The notes under the pieces: model-generated
What the model saw: only the letters and a program-made list of their open reading frames with translations
What the model was told of the DNA's origin: nothing
Databases searched by the model: none
Shown here: positions 22,776 to 30,834 of the stretch, in pieces
Numbering within the stretch: the stretch's first letter is position 1
Layout: each line of letters begins with the position of its first letter
Program-made: the position numbers and the translations under genes
From: Candidatus Multivoradales bacterium
GTDB taxonomy: Bacteria; Acidobacteriota; Thermoanaerobaculia; Multivoradales; JAHEKO01
Reading direction: 5' to 3'
Assembly (NCBI GenBank): GCA_965223855.1
Contig: CBDCXM010000009.1
Coordinates: forward strand, 768,001 to 832,000
DNA: 64,000 nt

Positions 22776-23196
22776 GGGTCGACTCCCTCCTTCGGGTACC
22801 GTCGCTCATCCTGGGTGCCAGGGTTGCCGCTTTGCCGGTCGTCACCGGAGGACCAGTGCTTCGGCGAAGAGGGAGGGATCCGTTTGGCGTTCGCCAAACG
22901 GAAGGCGAACTGTATTTCTGGCGCGCCTTCGGCGGCCTTCGGCCGACTGTCCAGCAAAGCTGACCAGAGTGCCGGTGCTTTCATTCGCCGGGCTCACCGC
23001 CCGGCGAAGGAGGGTTCGAATCCCTCCCTTCGGGCATCGTCGCTCATCTTGAGCGCTGGTGTTGCCGCTCAGCTGGTCTTCACCGGAGGACCAGGACGTA
23101 CGGAGAGGGAGGGATCCGTTTGGGCGTTCGCCCAAACGGAAGGCGAACTGTCTTTCTGGCGCACCTCCGGTGCGCAACCGAGGGTTCGAATCCCTC
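22776..23196. repeat. tRNA-linked structured repeats (partial ~22776-22860, long 22863-23027, short 23101-23196) downstream of tRNA-Ser(GGA)
   Basis: (cgga)gagggagggat tRNA-end copy, ccgtttg(g)gcGTTCgc(c)caaacgg hairpin, GCGAACTGT.TTTCTGGCGC core, gagggttcgaatccctc inverted T-arm. The spacer is also duplicated (22785-22855 vs 23022-23095). Confidence 0.85.
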
Positions 23197-23258
23197 CGGG
23201 CGCGCTGCAGGCCATCCAAGGAACTTGGCGCTGCAGCCGTGGCAGGGTCAAGAACTCT

Positions 23259-23348
<90 letters not shown>

Positions 23349-23366
23349 GGGGATCTGGCAAGGAGC

Positions 23367-23834
23367 TCAGCCCGTGTCGGGCTGACGACCTCTGAGGTCG
23401 CAGAAGAAGGAGCGTAGCAAGTCGCCGCACTCTTCGGCCAGTACCCCGGCGGTCACTTCGAGGCGGTGGTTGAGGCGCGGGTCGCGCACCAGATCGCCGA
23501 GGCTGCCGCAAAAGCCCGCCTTGGGGTCGGCGGCGCCGTAGACGAGTCTCGCCACTCGCGCGTTGACGAGCGCGCCGGCGCACATGGCGCACGGCTCGAG
23601 GGTGACGTAGAGGGTGGTGTCGAGGAGCCGCCACCCCTCGGTCGCGGCGGCCGCCTGCTCGAGCGCCAGCAGCTCGGCGTGGCCGAGCGGGTCGCCGGCG
23701 GTCTCGCGCCGGTTGTGGGCCTCGCCGATGACGATGCCGTCGCGCACGACGACGGCTCCGATCGGCACCTCACCGATTGCCGCGGCGCGGCGCGCAAGGC
23801 CGAGACAACGCCGCATTGCGGCAATATCGTCCAT
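23367..23834 (-). CDS. tadA: tRNA adenosine(34) deaminase TadA
   Basis: GEVPIGA, HAE, TLEPCAMC, DPKAG, LNH. Confidence 0.95.
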   Translation of the reverse strand: MDDIAAMRRCLGLARRAAAIGEVPIGAVVVRDGIVIGEAHNRRETAGDPLGHAELLALEQAAAATEGWRLLDTTLYVTLEPCAMCAGALVNARVARLVYGAADPKAGFCGSLGDLVRDPRLNHRLEVTAGVLAEECGDLLRSFFCDLRGRQPDTG

Positions 23835-23887
23835 TCCGGGAGCTTGTCACGGCGGGCCGACCGCGGGCGGATCGGCCCGCTTGCAAC

Positions 23888-23917
23888 TTGACCCAACTGC
23901 GATCGGCACGGTACTTT
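23888..23917 (+). promoter_or_regulatory. Sigma70 promoter of the rpmH operon
   Basis: TTGACC-N18-TACTTT upstream of rpmH. Confidence 0.55.
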
Positions 23918-24002
23918 TCGGCGTTCGCGCGTCCGGCTCCGGGCGCGCTCCCCAACACAGCGTTTCCGTTAGCAGAAGCTGACTTTCAGATAGGACAGTG
24001 TC

Positions 24003-24137
24003 GTGAAGCGTACGTTTCAGCCCAACAACCGCCGTCGTAAGAAGAAGCACGGTTTCCGGGCCCGGATGCGCACCCGCGCGGGCCAGGCGATCCTCAAGCG
24101 GCGGCGCCGGAAAGGTCGCAAGAGCCTCTCGGCCTGA
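24003..24137 (+). CDS. rpmH: 50S ribosomal protein L34 (not in the ORF track)
   Basis: GTG start; [44 protein letters not shown] (44 aa). Confidence 0.97.
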   Translation: MKRTFQPNNRRRKKKHGFRARMRTRAGQAILKRRRRKGRKSLSA

Positions 24138-24142
24138 CGGCG

Positions 24143-24544
24143 ATGAGCGGCCGACCGGCCGACCGGCGGCCCGACGAGTCGTTCCCGCGCCGGGAGAGGC
24201 TCAGAAAGCGCAGTGAGTTCCTGCGTTGCTACCGCGAGGGGCGTCGCCGCCACGGCGACCTCCTGATTCTCTACGCGGTCGCCAACGAGTGCGGTCATCC
24301 GCGGCTCGGCATCACGGTGAGTCGCAAGGTCGGGAACTCGGTCGTTCGCCATCGCGTCAAGCGCCGGGTCCGCGAGATCTACCGCCGATGGAACGAGCGC
24401 GCGCGACTGCCAGCGATGGACTTCATGGTGCACGCCAGACCGACGATCGCGACAGCGACGTTCCAGGCGCTCGAGAAAGAGATCGAGCGGCTGCTCGCGA
24501 CCTGGCTGCCGCGGGAGAACGCGGCTTCGTCGTCCGTGCGCTGA
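24143..24544 (+). CDS. rnpA: Ribonuclease P protein component
   Basis: RLRKRSEF, RLGITVSRKVGNSVVRHRVKRRVRE; follows rpmH. Confidence 0.95.
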   Translation: MSGRPADRRPDESFPRRERLRKRSEFLRCYREGRRRHGDLLILYAVANECGHPRLGITVSRKVGNSVVRHRVKRRVREIYRRWNERARLPAMDFMVHARPTIATATFQALEKEIERLLATWLPRENAASSSVR

Positions 24545-24735
24545 TCCGAGCGCTGGTCCTCTACAAGAGATGGTTGTCCCCGCTGCTTCCCGAGTCGTGC
24601 CGCTTCACTCCGAGTTGCTCGGAGTACATGAGGCTGGCGATTCTCAAGCACGGGGTGGTGCGCGGGGTGTTGAAGGGGTCGTGGCGGGTGATGCGCTGCA
24701 ACCCGTTCGTCCGTGGCGGGGTCGACCTGCCGTGA
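24502..24735 (+). CDS. yidD: Membrane protein insertion efficiency factor YidD (start uncertain)
   Basis: YKRWLSP, CRFTPSCSEY, RCNPF, GGVD; located between rnpA and yidC. Confidence 0.9.
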   Translation: MAAAGERGFVVRALIRALVLYKRWLSPLLPESCRFTPSCSEYMRLAILKHGVVRGVLKGSWRVMRCNPFVRGGVDLP

Positions 24736-24774
24736 GCGCCTCCGAACCGAGAACGGCGTAGCCGAGGGAGAGTG

Positions 24775-26529
24775 ATGGAGACCCGTCGATTACTGCTGGC
24801 CGCCCTGCTGTCGATGGGGGTCCTGCTGGTGTGGCAGAAGCTCTTCCCGGTGGAGCCGGTGAGCACCCCTGACAGCGCGCCTCTGGCGGCGCCCTCGGAG
24901 CAGGTGTCCGAGCCTGCCGCCATCGATCCTCCGCCTGGTTCGGCCGCCGTTGAAGGCGCGCCGACCGAGCCGGCGACGCCTGCGGCCTCTGTTTCCGACT
25001 CCGGGGACTCTGACTCCGGGGACAGCGCCGAGCTCGAACCGGTGAGCGAAGTCGCCGCCGCGGGTGAAGAGACCGTCGTCCTCGAGGACGATCGGGTGCG
25101 AGCCGAGTGGAGCAATCGCGGCGCGCGTCTGGTGCATCTGGAGCTCAAGAACCACCCGGCCAATGACGGCGAAGGGGTGGTCGATCTGGTGCGACGCCGC
25201 TCGGCTTCGCTGGCCCCCTTCAGCCTGGTCGATGCCGAGGGGCAGCCGCTCCCGGTCGACGGAGCGCTGTTCCAGGTCGAGCGGCGCACCGGAGGCGCGA
25301 CCTTCACCTACCGCGGCCCTCTCGGCAGTGCCACCAAGTCGATCGACCTGACCCCGGAGGGCCTCTTCGCGGTCGATGTCGAAGCCGAAGGCGGCTGGCG
25401 TCTGCTGCTCGGCCCCGGGCTGCGCAACCCGACCCCCGAGGAGGCGAAGAACCGCTTCGCCCGTCGGGCGGCGGTCTATCGCCAGGGTGGTTCGACCGAG
25501 CGGGTCGATGCCGCCGGGGCCAAGGAGGCGACGGTCATCAGCGGCACCGGGCTCTCCTGGGTCGGCCTGCAGGATCAGTACTTCCTGGCGGCGGTGCTGC
25601 CGCGCAGCGGTCTGCGCGAGGCGGTCGCCGAGCCGATGCTGTTCGAGGTCGACGAAGGGGGTGTCTATACGTTCCGTCCGCGGCCGCTCGAGCTGACCGA
25701 CGCCGAGAAGGAGCTCGGCTCGGAGCTGCGGGTGCTGCTCGCCCCCGAGGACGGGGCTCTCTCGTTCGACGCCTATCTCGGGTCGAAGCAGTACAGCCTG
25801 CTGTCGACCTTGCCGGGCGGTCTCGAGGGCGCCGTCGACCTCGGCTTCTTCGCCTTCCTCGGACGGCCGCTCCTGATCGCCCTGCACTGGATCTACGACA
25901 ACGTGGTCGCCAACTACGGCTGGGCGATCGTGCTGCTGACGGTGCTGCTGCGCATCGTGCTCTTCCCCCTCAATCACAAGGCGATTGTGTCGATGGAGAA
26001 GATGCAGAAGCTCAACCCGAAGATGCAGGCGATCCGCAACAAGTACCGCAGCAAGCTCAAGGACAAGAAGGGGCGGCCCAACCCCGAGGCGTCCGCCAAG
26101 ATGAACCAGGAGATCATGGATCTCTACAAGCAGGAGGGGGTCAACCCGGCCGGTGGCTGCCTTCCGATGCTCCTCCAGATGCCGGTGCTGTTCGCCTTCT
26201 ACGGCCTTCTGTCGGCCGCGGTGGAGCTGCGCCACGCTCCCTGGATCGGCTGGGTCAATGACCTGTCGGCCCCCGACCCCTTCTACGCGCTGCCGATCGT
26301 CATGGGTGGCAGCATGCTGCTGCAGCAGAAGATGACGCCGACCCAGGCCGATCCGATGCAGCGCCGCATGTTCATGTTCATGCCGATCATCTTCACGGTG
26401 CTGTTCCTCGGCTTTCCGGCCGGCATGGTGCTCTACTGGTTGACCAACAACGTCCTCGCCATCGCTCAGCAGGCGGGCTACAAGCGCTTCCGCAAGGACA
26501 AGGCGGAAGAGGGAGGTAAGAAGTCATGA
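24775..26529 (+). CDS. yidC: Membrane protein insertase YidC
   Basis: NYGWAIVLLT, GCLPMLLQMP, VELRHAP, DLSAPDPFY, LYWLTNN. Confidence 0.96.
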   Translation: METRRLLLAALLSMGVLLVWQKLFPVEPVSTPDSAPLAAPSEQVSEPAAIDPPPGSAAVEGAPTEPATPAASVSDSGDSDSGDSAELEPVSEVAAAGEETVVLEDDRVRAEWSNRGARLVHLELKNHPANDGEGVVDLVRRRSASLAPFSLVDAEGQPLPVDGALFQVERRTGGATFTYRGPLGSATKSIDLTPEGLFAVDVEAEGGWRLLLGPGLRNPTPEEAKNRFARRAAVYRQGGSTERVDAAGAKEATVISGTGLSWVGLQDQYFLAAVLPRSGLREAVAEPMLFEVDEGGVYTFRPRPLELTDAEKELGSELRVLLAPEDGALSFDAYLGSKQYSLLSTLPGGLEGAVDLGFFAFLGRPLLIALHWIYDNVVANYGWAIVLLTVLLRIVLFPLNHKAIVSMEKMQKLNPKMQAIRNKYRSKLKDKKGRPNPEASAKMNQEIMDLYKQEGVNPAGGCLPMLLQMPVLFAFYGLLSAAVELRHAPWIGWVNDLSAPDPFYALPIVMGGSMLLQQKMTPTQADPMQRRMFMFMPIIFTVLFLGFPAGMVLYWLTNNVLAIAQQAGYKRFRKDKAEEGGKKS

Positions 26530-27642
26530 CCCTTTCGCGCAAGTTCTTCTCCGCGCCGACCCCTGACGCGCGCACTTCTCGATGCGGCGCGCCACCACGG
26601 GGTCGAGCCCGATGCGATCGTCTACGAGGTGGTCGACAAGAAGACCGGCTTCGTCAAAGCGCCGCGCGGCGTGTTGATCGAGGTCGACCCCGACGCCCCG
26701 ACCGGCAGCGGCGCCACGGCCGAAGTCTCGACCGAGCGGGCTGAAGCCGCGACGCCGGAGCCGGCCCCGACCGAGCCGGCGCCACCCGCGCCGACACTGA
26801 CCGAGCCGGCTCCCACCAGGGCAGAGCCCGCGGAGCCGATCGAGTCGGCGCCCGATAGCGCCGAAACCCCGACGGCGTCCACACCCTCGCCCTCCGAGCT
26901 GCTGGCGGACGTCGATACTCCCAGCGGCGGGGAGCGCCACGATGTCGACGTCGCCGCTCCGCCCGAGGAGATCGACGAGGCGCCGGCGTCGCCGGCTCTC
27001 GCGGCGGCGACCGAGGAGGCTTCGGCGACACCGGAGGACGCAGCGTTTGCGCCCGGCGACGAGGCAGCCGCGGAGGAACCCGCTGGAGATGTTCCGGAGG
27101 GCGACGAAGAGGAACTGGAGCAGTCGGCGGCAGTTGCCTCGCCGGACGAGGCGAAGGGTGCCGACCCGAGATCGGAGGACGGGCCCAGCCGGGAGAAGGT
27201 AGCTGAGGCGGTGGCGCGCGCGATCGACGATCTCGCCTGCCTCGCCAGTCTCCGCGTCCAGGTGGCGAAGGTCGAGCGCACCGAGGACGGGCTCGAGGTC
27301 GAACTCGAAGGGCCGGACGGTGATCGCCTGGCGGCGCGCGGCGGCCGCGCCCTGCTGGCGATGCAGCACCTGCTGCCGAGGCTGCTGTTTCACGATCTCG
27401 GCGGCGCGTTCCACTGCCGCCTCGACTGCGAAGGGTTTCAGCAGGCTCGCGAGGAGCACTTCGAGGATCTCGCGCGCCGCGCCGCCGACAAGGTGCGCGA
27501 CGGTGGCCGCCCGTGGATGCTCGATCCGATGGCGCCCGACGAGCGGCGACTGGTGCATCTGGCGCTCGCCGGGGACGACAGCGTCGAGACCAACAGCGTC
27601 GGCGAGGGGTTCCTCAAGCGGGTGCGGGTCTCCCCCGCCTGA
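26526..27642 (+). CDS. jag: Jag/KhpB (EloR) RNA-binding protein, with an apparent +1 frameshift at 26560-26563
   Basis: N-terminal Jag_N-like region, Pro/Glu/Ala-rich linker, KH and R3H domains (MAPDERRLVH...SVGEG). ATG 26526 (GGAGG RBS) joins the main frame only if one C is removed from CCCC. Confidence 0.85.
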
Positions 27643-27658
27643 TTGCCGAGCCGGACAG

Positions 27659-27994
27659 CTAGAGGTTGTAGGTCTCGCGCATCGCGAGATAGCGCCTCCA
27701 GGCGCGCTCGTCGAGCCTGGGGTCAAGGTGCGCCTCGAGCAGCGGCAGGAGGTCTTCGCGCAGGGCCACTCCGCGGACCATCCACTGGTAGTAGGACCGG
27801 CCGCCATGGTGGTACGGCCCGTAGAGCTTGCTGCGCGGCAGGCGTGACTGCAGCCAATGGAAGAGCGCCTCGTGGTCGGTGTGCATTCGCAAGGTGACCT
27901 GCGGCTGCTTACCGTCGCCGCCGAAGTGCCCTTCACCGACGAGAATGCCCAACAGGAAGCCGATTTCGAAGTCCGAGAGTTGTTTCACCGTCAA
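27659..27994 (-). CDS. Small single-motif LAGLIDADG-like protein
   Basis: FLLGILVGEGHF helix motif followed by beta-strand-like segments (QVTLRM, YYQWMVRG); GC3-biased codons. Confidence 0.65.
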   Translation of the reverse strand: MTVKQLSDFEIGFLLGILVGEGHFGGDGKQPQVTLRMHTDHEALFHWLQSRLPRSKLYGPYHHGGRSYYQWMVRGVALREDLLPLLEAHLDPRLDERAWRRYLAMRETYNL

Positions 27995-28055
27995 GTTTCC
28001 CGTGAAACACCAGCCTGCCCGCTTCTTGTTTCACCGTCAAGTTTCCCGTGAAACA
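27980..28055. promoter_or_regulatory. Two parS sites inside a perfect 30-bp direct repeat
   Basis: TTGTTTCACCGTCAAGTTTCCCGTGAAACA at 27980-28009 and 28026-28055. Each contains AGTTTCCCGTGAAACA (consensus TGTTTCACGTGAAACA), ~0.8 kb upstream of parAB. Confidence 0.85.
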
Positions 28056-28104
28056 TGTGGCGTCCGGGCGAGCGCATCGCTACCATCCTGGCGAAGAGAC
28101 TGCC

Positions 28105-28800
28105 GTGGGTGCCTTGCTGCCAGAGTTGTCGAGAGCGGACTTCGAGTCCCGGCTGTCCCTGGTGGCGCCGAGACCCCTCCAGCCGGAGCCGATCGAGCGG
28201 ATGTGGGCCCATTACCGCGAGCTGGCGCGGTGGAATCGGCGGCTGTCGCTGGTCGGACCGGGAACGGCGGATGAGGTGGTCGAGCGGCACTTCGGCGAGG
28301 CGCTGGCCGCGCTTCCCTGGCTCGAGGGTGGGGAAAAGCTGCTGGACGTCGGCTCGGGCGGAGGGTTTCCCGGTCTGGTGCTGGCGGCTGCCGGGCCCGC
28401 CCTCGAGGTCACCGTCGTCGAGGCACGGGAGCGGAAGTGGTCGTTCCTCTCCGGGGTCGTGCGTCGGGCTCGATTGGAGGCTCGGTGCCTGAATGCTAGA
28501 GTTTCGCCCGCCCCGGGGGACGTGCCGGCGTCGGTCGAGAGTCCGGAGCGCTTCGACATCGTCGCCTGGCGGGCGGTCCGTCTGCCGGTGGCGACGGTCG
28601 AGGATCTGGCCCGCCGGTGCTACAGCATGTGGGTCTGGTGCGGCCGCGAGGAACCCGTGCTCCCGGCGGGTTGGCGCTTCGGGCGGGAGCAGGCGCTGGC
28701 CGGGGCTGCGGGCGGGGAAACAGGACGAAGAATCGTCGAGATGACAGCAGCGAACGACAGCCGGCCTGCCGCCGTGGACTCCAGGAGGTCGAGTCTATGA
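28105..28800 (+). CDS. rsmG: 16S rRNA m7G527 methyltransferase RsmG (GidB)
   Basis: WNRRLSL, RHF, DVGSGGGFPG, EARERK; upstream of parA. Start uncertain. Confidence 0.9.
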   Translation: MGALLPELSRADFESRLSLVAPRPLQPEPIERMWAHYRELARWNRRLSLVGPGTADEVVERHFGEALAALPWLEGGEKLLDVGSGGGFPGLVLAAAGPALEVTVVEARERKWSFLSGVVRRARLEARCLNARVSPAPGDVPASVESPERFDIVAWRAVRLPVATVEDLARRCYSMWVWCGREEPVLPAGWRFGREQALAGAAGGETGRRIVEMTAANDSRPAAVDSRRSSL

Positions 28801-28855
28801 AGGCTGAGTCCACGAATCCCGAGCCCGGCGGGAACGGGCAAGGCGGGCTGCAAGC

Positions 28856-29611
28856 ATGACGGTGCTGGCGATCGCCAACCAGAAGGGCGGAGTCGGCAAG
28901 ACCACCACCGCGATCAACCTGGCGGCCGCGCTGGCGGCGTTGGAGCACAGGGTGCTGCTGGTCGACAGCGATCCGCAGGGCAACGCGACGCGTGGTCTCG
29001 GGGCGCGCGCCGAGCGGCCGCATCTCTACCACGTGCTGGCCGACGGCGTGGCGATCACCGAAGCGGCGGTGGCGACCTCGCTTCCGCGCCTCGACCTGCT
29101 GGCGAGCGATCGCGATCTGGTGGGGGTGGAGGTCGAGTTCGTCGGCCGGCCCGGCTGGCGACACGTGCTGGAGCGCCGCCTCGCCGCCGTGCGGGAGCGC
29201 TACGACGTGGTGCTGATCGACTGCCCGCCGTCGCTCGGTCACCTCACGGTCGGCGCGCTCACGGCGGCCGACGGCGTTCTGGTACCGCTCCAGTGTGAGT
29301 ACTTCGCCCTCGAGGGGATCAGCGAGCTGGTGCAGACGGTCGGTCGGGTCCGCAACTCCGGCAACCCGCGGCTGGCGATCGCCGGTATCCTGCTGACGAT
29401 GTACGACGACCGCACCAACCTGGCCCGCGACGTGGCGGCGGAGATCCGCGCCCATTTCGGCGGCAAGGTGTTCGAGACGGTGGTGCCGCGCAACGTCCGC
29501 CTCGCCGAGGCGCCGAGCCACGGGTTGCCGATTCTGCAGTACGACATCAAGAGTCGCGGCGCCGAAGCGTATCTGGCGCTGGCCCGCGAGTATCTGTCGA
29601 GGGCGGCCTGA
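28856..29611 (+). CDS. parA: ParA/Soj ATPase
   Basis: NQKGGVGKTTT, DPQGNAT, DCPPSLG, QCEYFALEG, PRNVRLAEAPSHG. Confidence 0.97.
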   Translation: MTVLAIANQKGGVGKTTTAINLAAALAALEHRVLLVDSDPQGNATRGLGARAERPHLYHVLADGVAITEAAVATSLPRLDLLASDRDLVGVEVEFVGRPGWRHVLERRLAAVRERYDVVLIDCPPSLGHLTVGALTAADGVLVPLQCEYFALEGISELVQTVGRVRNSGNPRLAIAGILLTMYDDRTNLARDVAAEIRAHFGGKVFETVVPRNVRLAEAPSHGLPILQYDIKSRGAEAYLALAREYLSRAA

Positions 29612-30429
29612 TGGCGCGGCGCCGGGGTCTCGGCCGGGGGCTCGACGCGCTCCTCGAGGCCGAGGAGTCGGGCCTTCGCACGGTAGCGGTCGAGGCGCTC
29701 GAGCCGAACCGCCTGCAGCCACGTCAGAGTTTCGACGACGACAAGCTGGAGGCGCTGGCGGAATCGATTCGCGCCCAGGGTGTGGTGCAGCCGTTGATCG
29801 TGACGGCCGCCGAGGGTGGCTATCGGATCGTCGCCGGCGAGCGTCGCTGGCGCGCCGCGCAGCGCGCCGGGTTGACAGAGGTACCGGTGGTTGTGCGCGA
29901 GGTGCGTGGCGACCAGGAGCTTCTCGAGCTGGCGCTGGTCGAGAACCTGCAGCGCGCCGACCTCGACCCGATCGAGGAGGCGGAGGCGTTCGCCGCGCTG
30001 GCGAGGAGCTTCGGCCTCACCCAGGAGGAGATCGGGCGTCGAGTCGGTCGCAGCCGCGCTGCCGTCGCCAACAGCCTGCGCCTGTTGCGGCTCGCTCCCG
30101 AGATTCAGGACCTGTTGCGAGACGGTGCCTTGACCGCTGGGCAGGCTCGTCCGCTGGTCGGGCTCGACATCGAGCGGGCCCAGGCGCTGGCCGAGCGCGC
30201 CGCGCGCGAGGGGTGGAGCGCCCGCAAGATCGAGGAGCTCGTCGCTCCCCGGCCGCGACAGCGGCCATCGGCGCAGCCCGACGCGGTGACCGCCGACGCC
30301 GCCGAGCGGCTGACGCGCAAGCTGCAGACCAGGGTCGAGATTCGTCGCCGTGGCAAGGGTGGCGCGATCGTCGTCCACTTTCACGACGAGGAAGAGCTGA
30401 TGAGGCTCTTCGACCGATTCAACCGATAG
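29611..30429 (+). CDS. parB: ParB/Spo0J
   Basis: GLGRGLDAL, QPR, AGERRWRAA, ENLQRADL, HTH SRAAVANSLRLL. Confidence 0.97.
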   Translation: MARRRGLGRGLDALLEAEESGLRTVAVEALEPNRLQPRQSFDDDKLEALAESIRAQGVVQPLIVTAAEGGYRIVAGERRWRAAQRAGLTEVPVVVREVRGDQELLELALVENLQRADLDPIEEAEAFAALARSFGLTQEEIGRRVGRSRAAVANSLRLLRLAPEIQDLLRDGALTAGQARPLVGLDIERAQALAERAAREGWSARKIEELVAPRPRQRPSAQPDAVTADAAERLTRKLQTRVEIRRRGKGGAIVVHFHDEEELMRLFDRFNR

Positions 30430-30435
30430 GAGTAT

Positions 30436-30822
30436 ATGGCCATGCCCAAACCGAACGTCCGCGGCGACCTCAACGGCTTCCTCGATGCCGGCAGCCACAT
30501 CGACGGCGAGCTGCACTTCGAGGATACCTTCCGCGTGGATGGCCGCCTGACCGGGAAAGTGGTCTCAAAGGGTGATTTGGTGATCGGAGAAGAGGGTGAA
30601 GTGGACGGAGAGGTTGAAGTAGGGAGGGTTTTTGTCTCTGGTGTGGCCAGAGGTTCGATTGTGGCCCGCGAGCGTGCGGAGCTGACCGCCGGCAGCAAGG
30701 TGTACGCCGACCTTCAGACGCCGACCCTGATCGTCGAGGAGGGTGCCTGGTTCGAGGGTCGCTGCCGGATGCAGCCGCAGGGCGGGAAGGTGCGCCGCCT
30801 GCCGGTCGGCGGTGAGAGCTAG
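30436..30822 (+). CDS. Bactofilin (polymer-forming cytoskeletal protein)
   Basis: IDGELHF...RVDG...IGEEGEVDG...EEGAWFEGRC. Confidence 0.9.
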   Translation: MAMPKPNVRGDLNGFLDAGSHIDGELHFEDTFRVDGRLTGKVVSKGDLVIGEEGEVDGEVEVGRVFVSGVARGSIVARERAELTAGSKVYADLQTPTLIVEEGAWFEGRCRMQPQGGKVRRLPVGGES

Positions 30823-30834
30823 GCAGCGACAGAA

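Noticed and set aside
21703-23196. Repeats as a CRISPR array, extra tRNAs or attL/attR of a large island
   Set aside because: Units vary in length (~100-170 bp), lack D and anticodon arms, and no cas or integrase gene is nearby.
26740-26850. gagccggc-type short repeats in jag
   Set aside because: They encode a low-complexity EPAPT linker; ordinary coding repeats.
27659-27994. Group I intron or intein hosting the LAGLIDADG-like ORF
   Set aside because: The flanks are only ~16 bp (to jag) and the parS repeats, leaving no room for a ribozyme core, and no host gene is interrupted here.
28048-28104. RsmG N-terminus MKHV, and ORFs containing FHVK/VSRET-like peptides
   Set aside because: These are translation products of the parS sequence, not evidence of coding.
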